Positions 36,564-47,400 of a stretch of DNA of 64,000 nucleotides are shown piece by piece. The stretch is from a phage. Location: sequence record PZ026127.1; one strand, written 5' to 3'. The first letter of the stretch is position 1, and every line of letters starts with the position of its first letter. The notes under the pieces were generated by a model that saw nothing but the letters and a program-made list of their open reading frames with translations, ran no database searches and was not told the DNA's origin. The position numbers and the translations under genes were made by a program.

Positions 36564-36844
36564 TGAATCTTAAACAACTCCAAATTGATGCAATCGAAGC
36601 CCATATTAATCATGTTAAACGTCTGAATGTCATGGTGGAAGATAATTGGGGAACTTATGTGAACCAACCAGCTTGGGATGCCTTAGACCATGAATATATA
36701 AAGAATATTAGTTCTAAGACAATCCATGGTAATATGGAAGGGTTGAAGCCGTTCCTACGTGATATGTATATTGCAACTAATAAAGAAATTATCAGCTCTC
36801 TTGAATATCAATTAAGGAAATTACGTGAACAATCTGGTAGCTAA
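36563..36844 (+). CDS. hypothetical protein
   Basis: 93 aa, coupled start. Confidence 0.45.
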   Translation: MNLKQLQIDAIEAHINHVKRLNVMVEDNWGTYVNQPAWDALDHEYIKNISSKTIHGNMEGLKPFLRDMYIATNKEIISSLEYQLRKLREQSGS

Positions 36845-36933
36845 GCACGATTTCAATAAGGCTTCTGTCCATAAGGACAAGAAGAAAAATCTTAAAGAGT
36901 CTAAACGTAAGCAGAAACATAAGGGTAAAGGCT

Positions 36934-37218
36934 ATGATTACTAAGCTCCACACACATAAAGTAACGGAACTGGTTATTCTCATCGATGAGCTTTTTAAAA
37001 TCTATGCTTCTGTACCAGCGGAAATCTTTACAGAAATTCTTTGCGATTTGGATAGTAGCTTTGCCTATATCCAGCCAGAATACGTCATTCAGTTCTTTGG
37101 TGAACGTCCCGGTTATGCTAAAGTAGTTTTTGGCCCCGGATTAGATGAAGAACAAGTTTTAAGAGAAATCCAAGAAGAAATTGATGACTTTGGATTAGAA
37201 GATTACATTGAGGAATAA
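36934..37218 (+). CDS. hypothetical acidic protein (arn position; possible DNA-mimic anti-restriction protein)
   Basis: 94 aa, strongly acidic C-terminus; lies between motA region and asiA. Confidence 0.4.
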   Translation: MITKLHTHKVTELVILIDELFKIYASVPAEIFTEILCDLDSSFAYIQPEYVIQFFGERPGYAKVVFGPGLDEEQVLREIQEEIDDFGLEDYIEE

Positions 37219-37220
37219 TT

Positions 37221-37379
37221 ATGAGTCATAACTTAGAGAATACCGTAACAGGCATGCGTACACGTGAGCAGGAGTGCTTTGAGGAATTCCTGGGAGCTGA
37301 TTTTAAGTTCCAGGAACCAATAGAAGAGATGTATCAGGAATATGTTAAAAAGAACGAAGGACATGTTTACAATCCCTAA
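37221..37379 (+). CDS. hypothetical small acidic protein
   Basis: 52 aa ORF after AGGAATAA. Confidence 0.35.
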   Translation: MSHNLENTVTGMRTREQECFEEFLGADFKFQEPIEEMYQEYVKKNEGHVYNP

Positions 37380-37434
37380 GGATATGTTAGTATAGCCATA
37401 TCAGATAATGTCGTACTGAATTGAAGAGAATATT

Positions 37435-37710
37435 ATGACTAAAATTGAAATCGTTTCCGAAATTGCCACTATTGTTTCCATTTTGATTAAAACGGATTGT
37501 GAAGACATCATGCAACGTCGTGATGAGTTTATTGCCTTTTTGAATGAGTTAGGTATTCGTAATGAACATGGAAAGGAACTTAATGGTTTGTCTTATAACA
37601 AATTATTTAAGTCTTTAACTGAAGATGAGCGTGAAACTCTTATTGAGCAATTTAATGAAGGGTATGAAGATATACACCGTTATTTAATGATGTATACCTC
37701 CAATTTCTAA
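37435..37710 (+). CDS. asiA: AsiA anti-sigma70 factor
   Basis: 91 aa; IVSILIK ... FIAFLNE ... FNEG ... YRYL pattern matches T4 AsiA. Confidence 0.9.
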   Translation: MTKIEIVSEIATIVSILIKTDCEDIMQRRDEFIAFLNELGIRNEHGKELNGLSYNKLFKSLTEDERETLIEQFNEGYEDIHRYLMMYTSNF

Positions 37711-38360
37711 CGTGTTCGACCTAATGTCCTCCCGGCTTGACCACACATAGACGAAAGTCTAGGAAATCCTAAATCCGGTTTGATATCATACCAGTACAAC
37801 GATATCGAGCCGGCGTAGACGTTATCCAAATTAAAAAACGGGCATGAAAACATATACGTGAATTGTGTTTTCTTCTTTGTAGGGAGAAACACTGATTCAG
37901 TACTTGATTCAAAATAGTTCCCGTTAACTCCCGCCATATATTCTACTGACGTTTTGTCAATTGGAAACCCTCCCGTGTTTTTTGCGTCTACCGTTTCCGG
38001 TAATTTACCCTCGTAAGCCACCATATCCACAAAATAATTCATGTTGGTTGGTCTAAAAGAATATATTGCTGTGAAGTCTGCGCCTGAAGAAGAATGCACT
38101 ATTCGGAGCTGCTCGATAGCCGCAATTTTAAATCTATTGTCCTGGTCTTGTCTAATCATTTCAGTATAAGAGGCATAAGTTGTCTCTTTGTAAAAGTTTA
38201 GAATATACTCGCCTTTATACCAAACCAATGCCATAAAGAACAATAATATTACGACTAGGACCCGGGAAAAAACAACTTTCCCGGAAGAAGTATCTTTAAA
38301 AATTCTATCAAGAAGTCCAAAAAGTAGGTCTGATAATGATATTCCTACTTTTGGTTCCAT
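37707..38360 (-). CDS. t: holin T
   Basis: 217 aa; SDLLFGLLDRIFKD N-terminus, one TM helix, large periplasmic domain, matches T4 holin; SD AAGGAG. Confidence 0.9.
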   Translation of the reverse strand: MEPKVGISLSDLLFGLLDRIFKDTSSGKVVFSRVLVVILLFFMALVWYKGEYILNFYKETTYASYTEMIRQDQDNRFKIAAIEQLRIVHSSSGADFTAIYSFRPTNMNYFVDMVAYEGKLPETVDAKNTGGFPIDKTSVEYMAGVNGNYFESSTESVFLPTKKKTQFTYMFSCPFFNLDNVYAGSISLYWYDIKPDLGFPRLSSMCGQAGRTLGRTR

Positions 38361-38378
38361 ACTTTTCTCCTTTAAAGA

Positions 38379-38386
38379 TATTTATA
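38379..38386 (-). promoter_or_regulatory. late promoter TATAAATA for t
   Basis: Exact TATAAATA on - strand about 19 nt upstream of holin ATG. Confidence 0.55.
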
Positions 38387-38391
38387 AATTC

Positions 38392-39189
38392 TTAACTAAG
38401 CCAAGGGCCGTAAATCGTACCGGTCGCGCCCCATGCAGGAGCAGAAACGGCAACAGCAGCTCCAGAACCGCCCGCTGCCCCAACTTTAAGAACTTTACCA
38501 CCATCATTCCATGCGTTCTGGCCTGCGGCGCCAGCATCACCGCCATGACCTGAGTGGGCGTTACCATAATTGTATCCACCGCCAGGGCTTTCATAAGAAG
38601 CACCACCACCGGAGTATCCACCACCGCCACCAGGACCAAATGGACGTCCACCACCACCACCGATATCTTGCCAGTTAGCACCTGAGTGAGGACGATACGC
38701 AATGCCACCACCGCCACCACCACCGCCACAGATAACCCCATAGTTCCAAATACGTAGTCTATGACCTATATGGTTGACTATACAATCACCGCCCCATTGA
38801 CCGTTACCGTCGCCACCTGAATGGGTCCACCCACCGTGGCCGCCTCGGCCCCACATATGCACGCCTCCATGAATAGTCAAATTGACATATTCATTAGGTG
38901 TGTCGGCATTCATAAAGAACAATGGAACATTACGGTCGTAAGATACTATATCGCCTGTGATATTAAACACAATAGGTGCGCTGCCTGCTTCAAAACAGCG
39001 GTCGCGGAACCACTGGCCATTAAAATTATGGTTTGCTGTTATGGTGTGAATTACTTCAACAGACCGACCGTTCATATTACTCATCCAAAATGGGACACCC
39101 ATTCTTAATCTTACAGCGGCTCCTGCCATCCAAGGGTCTCCTGTCTGCGCCCTTGCAGAAGTTCCTATCCACGGTCCTGCTACTGCCAT
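38392..39189 (-). CDS. 38: gp38 receptor-binding adhesin, T2-type with glycine-rich motifs
   Basis: Poly-Gly blocks separated by variable segments; start set at ATG 39189 after GGAGG. Confidence 0.8.
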   Translation of the reverse strand: MAVAGPWIGTSARAQTGDPWMAGAAVRLRMGVPFWMSNMNGRSVEVIHTITANHNFNGQWFRDRCFEAGSAPIVFNITGDIVSYDRNVPLFFMNADTPNEYVNLTIHGGVHMWGRGGHGGWTHSGGDGNGQWGGDCIVNHIGHRLRIWNYGVICGGGGGGGGIAYRPHSGANWQDIGGGGGRPFGPGGGGGYSGGGASYESPGGGYNYGNAHSGHGGDAGAAGQNAWNDGGKVLKVGAAGGSGAAVAVSAPAWGATGTIYGPWLS

Positions 39190-39220
39190 ATAAACCTCCA
39201 AGGGGCCGAAGCCCCTCTTA

Positions 39221-42200
39221 TTATTTTAACAATGATTTAATTAATGCTTTAAGTTCTTCAATCTCTGATTTCAATTCTGCTATTTCTGCAGTGTGCTCAT
39301 TGATTGCAGCTGTATTTAAACCAATTACACCGTTATAGTTCAAACGAAGTAAAGCTTCACCATCAGGGTCGCCTTCAACCAATTCAGGTAAAATAGCTTG
39401 AACTTCTTGAGCAATTAAACCAGCGTTAGGTTCCCATTTCTGATTACCTTCTTCATCCAGGCCACGTTTCTGCATATAAGTGTAGCCGTTAATTTTAGAA
39501 AGCTTCTCAGAAGCATTTTCAAATTTAACAAGGTCTTTTTTAACACGAATATCAGAACGAACATAAACGTCACGGACAAATGTTGAATAGGCATCGCTTT
39601 GTTGGATTAAATGACCAAAAGAAATAATAGCTCTTCCTGTTTCAGTCCACAAAGCACCAGTGGTATCCCAAAGACCTTCATGGATATGGTAAGAACTAGA
39701 CCATGAAGCAATATGCATACCATTGGCAACCATATTGATTCGGCCGTCACCACCATGCGATAATCCTGTGTCGTTATCACCAATAGCAATACTAGGAGAG
39801 CCTAATCCATTAACAGTACCAACACCAATTGCAGGAGTCTGGACTAAAGACGGGGCGTAAAATAAACCACTAGAGTGGAATTCGAAAATACCTGCAGGAT
39901 CGTTGCCATTTTCCTGGTTACCAACACGGATAATAGCTTGGGCCCATGTATTAGTAATACGACGCATACCGAAATCAACACCCGATACATATCCTTCATT
40001 AGTAATACCAGATTTTCCTTTGATAATCGGATAATAACTATCATTACCAACATTACCAAAATCTACAAACACCGGAGCTTCTTGCTTCCATTGGTTTCCC
40101 CAATCGCCAGCCTGGTGCGCAGCCCATTGTGTACCCTTTATATAAAGACGGTCCTTATTAAAATAAAAAGTATCCGACCCTTGAGGAGCTAAACCAATTT
40201 CCCCACTATTATGAATATTAAAACCTGAATTAGTTTGGAAACTATAAAACGATAAGGCATTATCAGCGCCGCCATTACCTACATACCAGTTATTAACGCC
40301 GGCTTTTTGCCCTTTAACATAACCGGATTCGGTTGCAGCACTGTTAATAACAATAGCATCCGAGTTTGCATTAAGAGTTAAGCGGCCGGTCATCGTGTCG
40401 CCTTCTTTAGAAACACGGCTATAGACAGCACCAAGAAGATTGGTTACATCACCGGCAGAAGTAAACGTTTTCCAGATATCAGACCAGATGTTACCATTTT
40501 TGCTAATAGTAGCTTCACCACCGCCAACCTGCACGTTATCCGGGAAATTAACTGTACCATCAGCATTAAATCTTGATGTATGACCTTGGGTCCCGTCTTC
40601 TTTGTAATGATGCAAAACAAAAGTCCCGGAATTAATTTCAGTACCTAAAGACCAAACAGCTTTTCCTTGTAAGAATTTCTGCTTAACAATAGGATAATAT
40701 TTACTTACCGCGTCATCATCAATTTCTTGGAAAACAGGAGCTGCTTGTGCATATTGAATATCGTAACCGCCTGCACCTGCACCATGTCCACCGAATTTAA
40801 TATAGCCGTTCGCAGTGATCGTATTGTATCTTGACTGTAAATCTGGAATACTTACTTTACCGGTATCTAAAGCCATACTAAATGGGCGAAGTGGTCCGAT
40901 ATCACCGGACATGCCTTCACCGAATGCAGTAGGAATAATATGAAGACTTCCTTCCGAACGTCTAAAAATGACCCCGTAATCGTTGTTCCAGATGCGGAGC
41001 CCGTTAACAGCATTTGTAGTAATTTCGCCTGCGGTATGGACCGCTCTATCAACCAAAATATCTTTTTTAACAACAAGATTTTCGTTAATAGTTTGTTGTC
41101 CATTTAATACGGCCTCAACGGTATTATCTTTATTGCGCTGGATATAATGCATCCAACTTACGGCATCAGATATTTCCATCACGTTTTTACGGGTGCCGCC
41201 TACTGTATTAAATGTGTTACCCCATACGGCAATAGACATATTATCAACAGAGCTCTGACCAGTGGTATAACCTTTAAAAAGCAAAACTGAGTTGTTATTT
41301 CGGCCATCAATATTAACCGAACCACCAACAACATCAATATTACCAGGAGTAACTAACAAACCACCAGCGGTGTTAACGTTTGTAGTACCCTTACCACGGA
41401 AATAGTGGTGATAATTACCGCCTTGATAATACCCTAAAAGAGTTTGTCCGTCGCCGTAAGCATTATTATCATGATAAGTGACAACTGTAGCCAAAGCATA
41501 GTTTTCCGACGGAGGTGTTGTCATAAGAACCCCGTCCGGAGAATAACCCATAACCATTTTTCTAAGGCTTTGTGTTTCCGTAGGTCCGTAAATGAAAGTT
41601 CTTGTTCCGTTGTTTACTGTATGGAAATATCCATCCTGATGCCATTTTAACCCGGTGTCATTATCACCAAGAGCAATTGAAGCAGTTCCTAATTCAGAAT
41701 ATCCTTTAGAGTTACCTGGGGTGCCTACAGAAATAGAATGACCGGCTTTCAATCCACCAGACCAAGTAAATGACCAAAGATAGGCGTCTAATCCATCTCC
41801 AGCATACCAGGTTATCCCGTCATTATCTTTAACTTCATGGAAAATGCTCGAACTAACTGCATTTCGCATAACACGGAGATGGTTAATAGCTGTTTCACTT
41901 TCTGCCAATGGGCTATTATCGGCCATTGAATAGATATCATAATCGCCTATCTTCTTCCCGTTTGTAATAACTTTATCGGTCAGAATTTGTGGAGATGAAA
42001 TAGATTTCCATGCTGATACTTCAGGTGAAGTAAATAGTCCACTGCCTGAAAATGCATAAGTGCTTTCGCTTCCTGCAGCATAATCTTGAACGCGAATATT
42101 AACTACTTGATTGGTCAAACCCGCATTGTTAGGAGAAAAGATAATACCACGCTCACGGTCATCGCCATCAAAGAAACGAAGATGAGAAGTTGAGGCGCTC

Positions 42201-42541
42201 TTAGAAATAAGTTCTCCACCTTCGGTCATTATCCGACCTGCAGCAATAATATCACGAGTTACGCGAGCAATCCCTGTTAAATTAAAATCACCTGTTTGGG
42301 TAAAGGTACCATTTAAGGTATAATCGCCGGTCTGGTTGTAATTTCCTTTATGAATAACGTTACCGTCAATATTACCACCTTTAGCAAAGCCAAGGTCGAT
42401 GATAGCGCCAGAGTCGTCTTTAGTAAAAAGTAATCGGTCCTTTAAGTTAATAGCCAGTTCGCCTTCAGCCAACTGGGCCGGTGTTGGACGTACACCGGCT
42501 ACTTTACTTCTTTTAAATTGGATTTGCTTTAAAGTAGCCAT
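39221..42541 (-). CDS. 37: long tail fibre distal subunit gp37 with C-terminal intramolecular-chaperone domain
   Basis: 1106 aa; C-terminal SDIRVKKDL ... GLIAQEVQ ... coiled-coil tail typical of autoproteolytic chaperone domains. Confidence 0.9.
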   Translation of the reverse strand: MATLKQIQFKRSKVAGVRPTPAQLAEGELAINLKDRLLFTKDDSGAIIDLGFAKGGNIDGNVIHKGNYNQTGDYTLNGTFTQTGDFNLTGIARVTRDIIAAGRIMTEGGELISKSASTSHLRFFDGDDRERGIIFSPNNAGLTNQVVNIRVQDYAAGSESTYAFSGSGLFTSPEVSAWKSISSPQILTDKVITNGKKIGDYDIYSMADNSPLAESETAINHLRVMRNAVSSSIFHEVKDNDGITWYAGDGLDAYLWSFTWSGGLKAGHSISVGTPGNSKGYSELGTASIALGDNDTGLKWHQDGYFHTVNNGTRTFIYGPTETQSLRKMVMGYSPDGVLMTTPPSENYALATVVTYHDNNAYGDGQTLLGYYQGGNYHHYFRGKGTTNVNTAGGLLVTPGNIDVVGGSVNIDGRNNNSVLLFKGYTTGQSSVDNMSIAVWGNTFNTVGGTRKNVMEISDAVSWMHYIQRNKDNTVEAVLNGQQTINENLVVKKDILVDRAVHTAGEITTNAVNGLRIWNNDYGVIFRRSEGSLHIIPTAFGEGMSGDIGPLRPFSMALDTGKVSIPDLQSRYNTITANGYIKFGGHGAGAGGYDIQYAQAAPVFQEIDDDAVSKYYPIVKQKFLQGKAVWSLGTEINSGTFVLHHYKEDGTQGHTSRFNADGTVNFPDNVQVGGGEATISKNGNIWSDIWKTFTSAGDVTNLLGAVYSRVSKEGDTMTGRLTLNANSDAIVINSAATESGYVKGQKAGVNNWYVGNGGADNALSFYSFQTNSGFNIHNSGEIGLAPQGSDTFYFNKDRLYIKGTQWAAHQAGDWGNQWKQEAPVFVDFGNVGNDSYYPIIKGKSGITNEGYVSGVDFGMRRITNTWAQAIIRVGNQENGNDPAGIFEFHSSGLFYAPSLVQTPAIGVGTVNGLGSPSIAIGDNDTGLSHGGDGRINMVANGMHIASWSSSYHIHEGLWDTTGALWTETGRAIISFGHLIQQSDAYSTFVRDVYVRSDIRVKKDLVKFENASEKLSKINGYTYMQKRGLDEEGNQKWEPNAGLIAQEVQAILPELVEGDPDGEALLRLNYNGVIGLNTAAINEHTAEIAELKSEIEELKALIKSLLK

Positions 42542-42549
42542 AATGCCTC

Positions 42550-43197
42550 TTAATAATAACCAAAATCTTGAATAGAATCTTTAATAACAATCTGGTCAAA
42601 ACGAGGAACGTGTCCTGCGTCAGAGGCCGGATTCAGCGAAATAAAGTTAGGAGCAGCAAGTACTCCGGTCATTGTTTGCATGTTAGTATTATTTATTTGG
42701 ACTTGTTTTGCGTTATCTACTAACGATAATCCTACTTGAGCTTTAGTAGGGGTGTTGCCTGGGCTGAATACACGACCTGATTCGTCATAAACTTGACGGA
42801 ATAATGAATCACCCATTACTGTGAGGCGTTTAGCACCCACTACTGTACTTGGGTCAAATATAACGAACGGTGTACCATCTTCCGTTTCATATCCAAAAGC
42901 ACCTTTAATACGGAAAGAAGCTGTGAACGGGGCTCCGCCAGTTCTTGCTCCTAATTTAATACCGTATCCATTGGTATCATTAAAGGTCAGCCCTTTTTCA
43001 AAATACACGTTATTCTTATAATTACCACCATCTGCTTTTGAAACAAAATCGTTATCAGTGGCTTGTGGTTTATTATATTCGGTGTAAACTTTATATGTTT
43101 TGTAAAGAAGGTCATTTGATACAGGCGTTAAGGGAAAATTACCTTGGTGCCATAATACCGAACCTCCTGCTGTAGAACCTAATTTTAAATCTGCCAT
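42550..43197 (-). CDS. 36: long tail fibre distal connector gp36
   Basis: 215 aa; position and size as T4 gp36. Confidence 0.85.
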   Translation of the reverse strand: MADLKLGSTAGGSVLWHQGNFPLTPVSNDLLYKTYKVYTEYNKPQATDNDFVSKADGGNYKNNVYFEKGLTFNDTNGYGIKLGARTGGAPFTASFRIKGAFGYETEDGTPFVIFDPSTVVGAKRLTVMGDSLFRQVYDESGRVFSPGNTPTKAQVGLSLVDNAKQVQINNTNMQTMTGVLAAPNFISLNPASDAGHVPRFDQIVIKDSIQDFGYY

Positions 43198-43245
43198 TTG
43201 AGTTTCCTTTGGGAGTTATAGCCTTTTATATATTTATGGCTGTAA

Positions 43246-43264
43246 AAACGAAAAAGGAACCCGA
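43246..43264 (-). terminator. intrinsic terminator on - strand after gene 35
   Basis: - strand reads ggaaccttcgggttcc followed by tttttcgttttt. Confidence 0.7.
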
Positions 43265-43271
43265 AGGTTCC

Positions 43272-44393
43272 TTAATATTTTTCTCTAAATTCAGCGACCC
43301 AAACCTGACCAGGTTTAGTGCCTGTTTTATCATATAGCTGGGCTATGGTAGTACCCATATTTTTAGTTTCCGTACCAAAGTTCATACGAATACCGTTAAC
43401 ACCAAATTCAGCAGGTTTTGGCTGAGGTTCTGATTCAGATATCTCACCGAACATAACATTTCGAACTCCGCCTTGGCCAGCCGAAGCTGTTTTTCTGGCA
43501 TAAAGAGTAAAGTCTGTAGTACCTTCAGGAACCATTACTACCCGTTCAAATGTCATCCATGCACCAGCAGGAACGTTGGAAGGAACGTCCATATTAACTG
43601 TCCCAGTTAAAGCACCTGAGGCATTAAAAAATCTAACAGACATCTGAGAAGTCCCTACGTCTTTTAAAGCTTGGTCGCGCATTAATTGAAACTTAAGGTA
43701 AAAGAATTCACCTGGTTTCATATTATAATCTGTTAATGGGGTGGTAGGAGATTCGGTAGGAAATCGCTTAATTTCATCTCCATCATTGCTTAGATAAGTG
43801 CTTTCGTCTTCAACAATTCTGACAGGATATCCTGTACCACCGACATCACTGATATCATCAAATACCACTTCCAATGGAGTAGAAACATCTTCGACCAATA
43901 CCCCATCATTATAAAGCACATGTTCCATTACTATAGCATTCCTTCCTGAAACATAAAATGCCGAATAAGACGGCTCGAAGCGGTCTATTAGCCATTTAGA
44001 TGGAAATGCGGTACTTCCTGCTGCACGGAACCAATCGATAAGTTTTTGTGAAGCATTTAATCTACCAGAAGATACTAAACAAACTATTCTATTAGCCGGT
44101 ATAGAATTTATATACGTTATAAAAGCTTCAGAAATAACATCAAAATCTTTTGTAAAACTATAAGTTTTGTTAGCCACTATTTTGGGTTCAGCACTAACAT
44201 CAATTTCTATAAGGTTTAATCCATTTTGAAAATTCTGGGAACCGAAGTTCCCATCTTGAAATTTAACATATGCTTTTGTGGTAGACTTAGTACAACTACC
44301 CGCTATACTAAGTTTATACCTTACAGCATTGTTTTCAGATAATGTAGGAACCTGGACATATCCTTGTCCAAATTCTGCCATAAATCTTTCCAT
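43272..44393 (-). CDS. 35: long tail fibre hinge protein gp35
   Basis: 373 aa; position between 34 and 36. Confidence 0.85.
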   Translation of the reverse strand: MERFMAEFGQGYVQVPTLSENNAVRYKLSIAGSCTKSTTKAYVKFQDGNFGSQNFQNGLNLIEIDVSAEPKIVANKTYSFTKDFDVISEAFITYINSIPANRIVCLVSSGRLNASQKLIDWFRAAGSTAFPSKWLIDRFEPSYSAFYVSGRNAIVMEHVLYNDGVLVEDVSTPLEVVFDDISDVGGTGYPVRIVEDESTYLSNDGDEIKRFPTESPTTPLTDYNMKPGEFFYLKFQLMRDQALKDVGTSQMSVRFFNASGALTGTVNMDVPSNVPAGAWMTFERVVMVPEGTTDFTLYARKTASAGQGGVRNVMFGEISESEPQPKPAEFGVNGIRMNFGTETKNMGTTIAQLYDKTGTKPGQVWVAEFREKY

Positions 44394-44401
44394 AATACCT
44401 C

Positions 44402-47400
44402 TTATTCAATCCACTCAAACTTAACGGATTTAGTGACCGGGTCAGGAATAATACGCACGTTACCAATACGTAACCAATCAAGGATTGTAATGTTTTTCAT
44501 GGTAGCATTATCTGCAGGTAAAGCACCCACGTCATTGGCTGTAGGCGGGTTAGCTGCTGTATAAACCATAGCAAAATCCGTCCACTCATTTTTATTTTTC
44601 TGCCAAGTACGTGTATAACGAATAGTACCACCATTCAGTCCTGTAGGGTAACATATCCAATCTTGATAACATGAATCCAAGGTATTGCCAAACTGGGTTA
44701 ACGTACCAGGGTATTTAATTTCATTTTTATCTCTATCAAAGAAATCAAACCATTGGCCTCTAAGCTTTTCATCATTAGAGCCTAAAACTGGGGCTCCTTC
44801 AGTACCATCCTCATTCAGATAATGTATTTCAGGCGAATCAAAAGTTCCATCTAACGTCAACCAACCTGTAGCTTTCCAATCTCCATCCGTTACTGAAGGC
44901 GGCTTGGTCTGAATTGTATCAATAGTTATATGACGACGTAATATCATTCTATGATAACCCGGGAACTTACTATAAGTAGCCTCGTCACTGATATCAACAG
45001 ACCAGAAGCCAACTGTTTCTGCAGTAGGAGCTTGCTCGATAAGACTTGGCTTAGTACCAAATGCACGAACTGGAGCATTAACACGGAGAACACCTGTCAT
45101 TGTGTCGCCGGCCTGGTTAACAAAGTTCCGGTCTACAATTTCTACAGCGTTTTTCTCGGTCAGAACTTTATAAGCACCGCCACCATTAGCTACGATATTT
45201 CCTGCATCTAATGTTTTAAGAACCAAATTCTGAGAATTATCGCCTAAAGACAATGTAGCACCAGAAGATTCACCTGTGGTGGTTGCGATGGTTCTTCCAT
45301 TCAGGACAAAGTTATTTTTGGCCTGGACATCATTCCCAGCACTAAGGTTATTCAGAGCAGCCACATTACCTGTAGCGGTGTTCATAGTCAATACGTTAGT
45401 CGTATCACCAATGGTTAATGTAGTTCCTGTAGATGGAGCTGTTATTTTCCATTTATTGGTTCCGTTAACAACGTTCACTGTGCCAAAGGTAGAATTCGTA
45501 GCTGTAACATCCGTAAATGTAGCAGTACTAGAAGACACCAGAGGAGCTGCCAGGTTCAATTGTTTGGTCAGGGTTAAAGAACCATTAACCGTTTGGTCGA
45601 CGTCTCTACGAATGAACTGGAGTGAATCTAGGCCATCCAATTTCTCGGAGTTCACAGCCGTAGCATTTATAGGTAAAAAGTTCTGTAAAGTTTTATTCAT
45701 CTCGTAAGATGAAACCGCATAACCCGTTTTAGGGTAGTTAGCTGCGTTCAGAACAGTATCATCGTTCTCGTAAAGGCCTGTGCCTGAGTTAAATTTAACA
45801 CCGGAACCGGTAACTTTATTTCCTGAATGGGTTAAAGCACCTTCGGTTAGTTTAACAAATCCACGACGAAGTGCAGTAGCTTCCCAAGTGGTTTCGGTCT
45901 GTACTACATATTTTAAACCAGAAGGGCTTACAGCCAGAACTTTAGAAGTTCCTGCAGTTGTTTCGGTATTCGTTGCAACACGAATAATACCTTCAGAACT
46001 TTCAGTAGATTTTTTAGAATGCAATTTCAAAGGAGTGATGATAGTTTTATCATCGGTACCAACGTTGACTTCGGTCTGGGTTGCCAGGCGAGCAGTACCA
46101 CGTTGAGTCTCATTTGCTTCTCTAATATCTAGTGTATAATGGTTCCATAAGGTTCCTGATTCAACCAAACCACTGGCTGCTGAGACAGAAGTTCTAGCAG
46201 TATCATTAAATCTTGTTTTAACTTTCAACGGAGTTGAAATAACATTATCTAACGTACCAGCATCAAATTCTACCTGTGTTGCAATTCTAGCAATACCAGT
46301 CAATCCTTCCGTAGCTTTCCTATCATTTAACGTTTTAGGCGTTACTGCACGAGTATAATCTGTTCCAGTATCAGTTTCCTGTTGCGTAGCAATTTCAATT
46401 AACCCTGTACGAGTATCAAGAGCCACACGAGCATGTAATGTTTCAGGAGAAACAGCACTGTTGGCAAATCCACTTGCAGTTTGACCTGCGTTAACTTCAG
46501 ATTGGTTAGAAAGATATACCGTACCCTGTTGAACTTGGGTAGCTTTATACTGGTCAAGAGCTTTAGGAGAAATAACCAAATTGCCTACGTTCTTATTATA
46601 AACGTTAGTACCTACGGTGTCCCTAGCAGTCGCAGGAGCGGTTCCTACAGTAGAGGTATATGTTACAATACCTGAAAGACTTTCCGAACCCTGGCGCGCT
46701 TGTAGCTTCTTAGGAGTGATGATTGTAGTATCATCTGTACCCGTGTTAGTTTCAACTTGCGTAGCAATTTCAGCAACACCACGACGAGTTTCGGTTGCAG
46801 TACGTTCGTTTAATTTCTTAGGAGAAATAATCAAATCGTCCTGGAATGCGAAGGTTGTGTCCTGGTTCACCTGAGCAGTAGTAGCAATACGAGCAATACC
46901 ACGACGAGATTCAGTCGCCACACGATTAGCTAAAGTCTGCGGAGTAATTGCCAGTTCTTTTTCAGGATTATTTTCATGGTCAACGTTTGCTTGAGTCTGG
47001 GACGCAAGGGCAATAACACCTAAACGAGCACGAGTTAAATCATCTTTAGAATCCACACGTTCTATAGTAGGAACGTTCTGGGCAACAACCCAATATTTGC
47101 CACCTGTAGTGGTGTCTTCGATATAACTCAGTTCAATAACCGGAGTATAACTTATATTGCCATTAAAGGTCAGTACGTCATTCAATACCCATTCGGTTTC
47201 TGGTGGATATTCTGAACGTTTAGGGAATTGAAGCAACTGGACGGATGAAGCAATCTTATCTCCTACGGCAGCCTTAATATTTACTGTCTGAGCTTTACGG
47301 AGATAGTTCAGAGCAATCTTAACGACATCACCCTGGGCCACACCGGTAGGTAATGTGATATTAATTGTCTGGGGTGTCGTGTTATTAGGACCAAAAACAA

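Noticed and set aside
38560-38760. Highly repetitive GGT/GGC-rich DNA that could be mistaken for a tandem repeat or CRISPR-like array
   Set aside because: It lies inside the gp38 reading frame on the - strand and encodes the poly-glycine blocks of the adhesin; no spacer-repeat periodicity.
43221-43250. Possible late promoter for gene 36 (- strand reads CATAAATATATAAAAGG)
   Set aside because: Only an imperfect match to TATAAATA and it overlaps the gene 35 terminator hairpin; too weak to list as a feature.
45276-46106. ORFs on the + strand inside the tail-fibre gene 34 (45276-45707, 45780-46106); similar ones inside gene 37
   Set aside because: Embedded in long, well-supported - strand genes with no translation signals; shadow ORFs.
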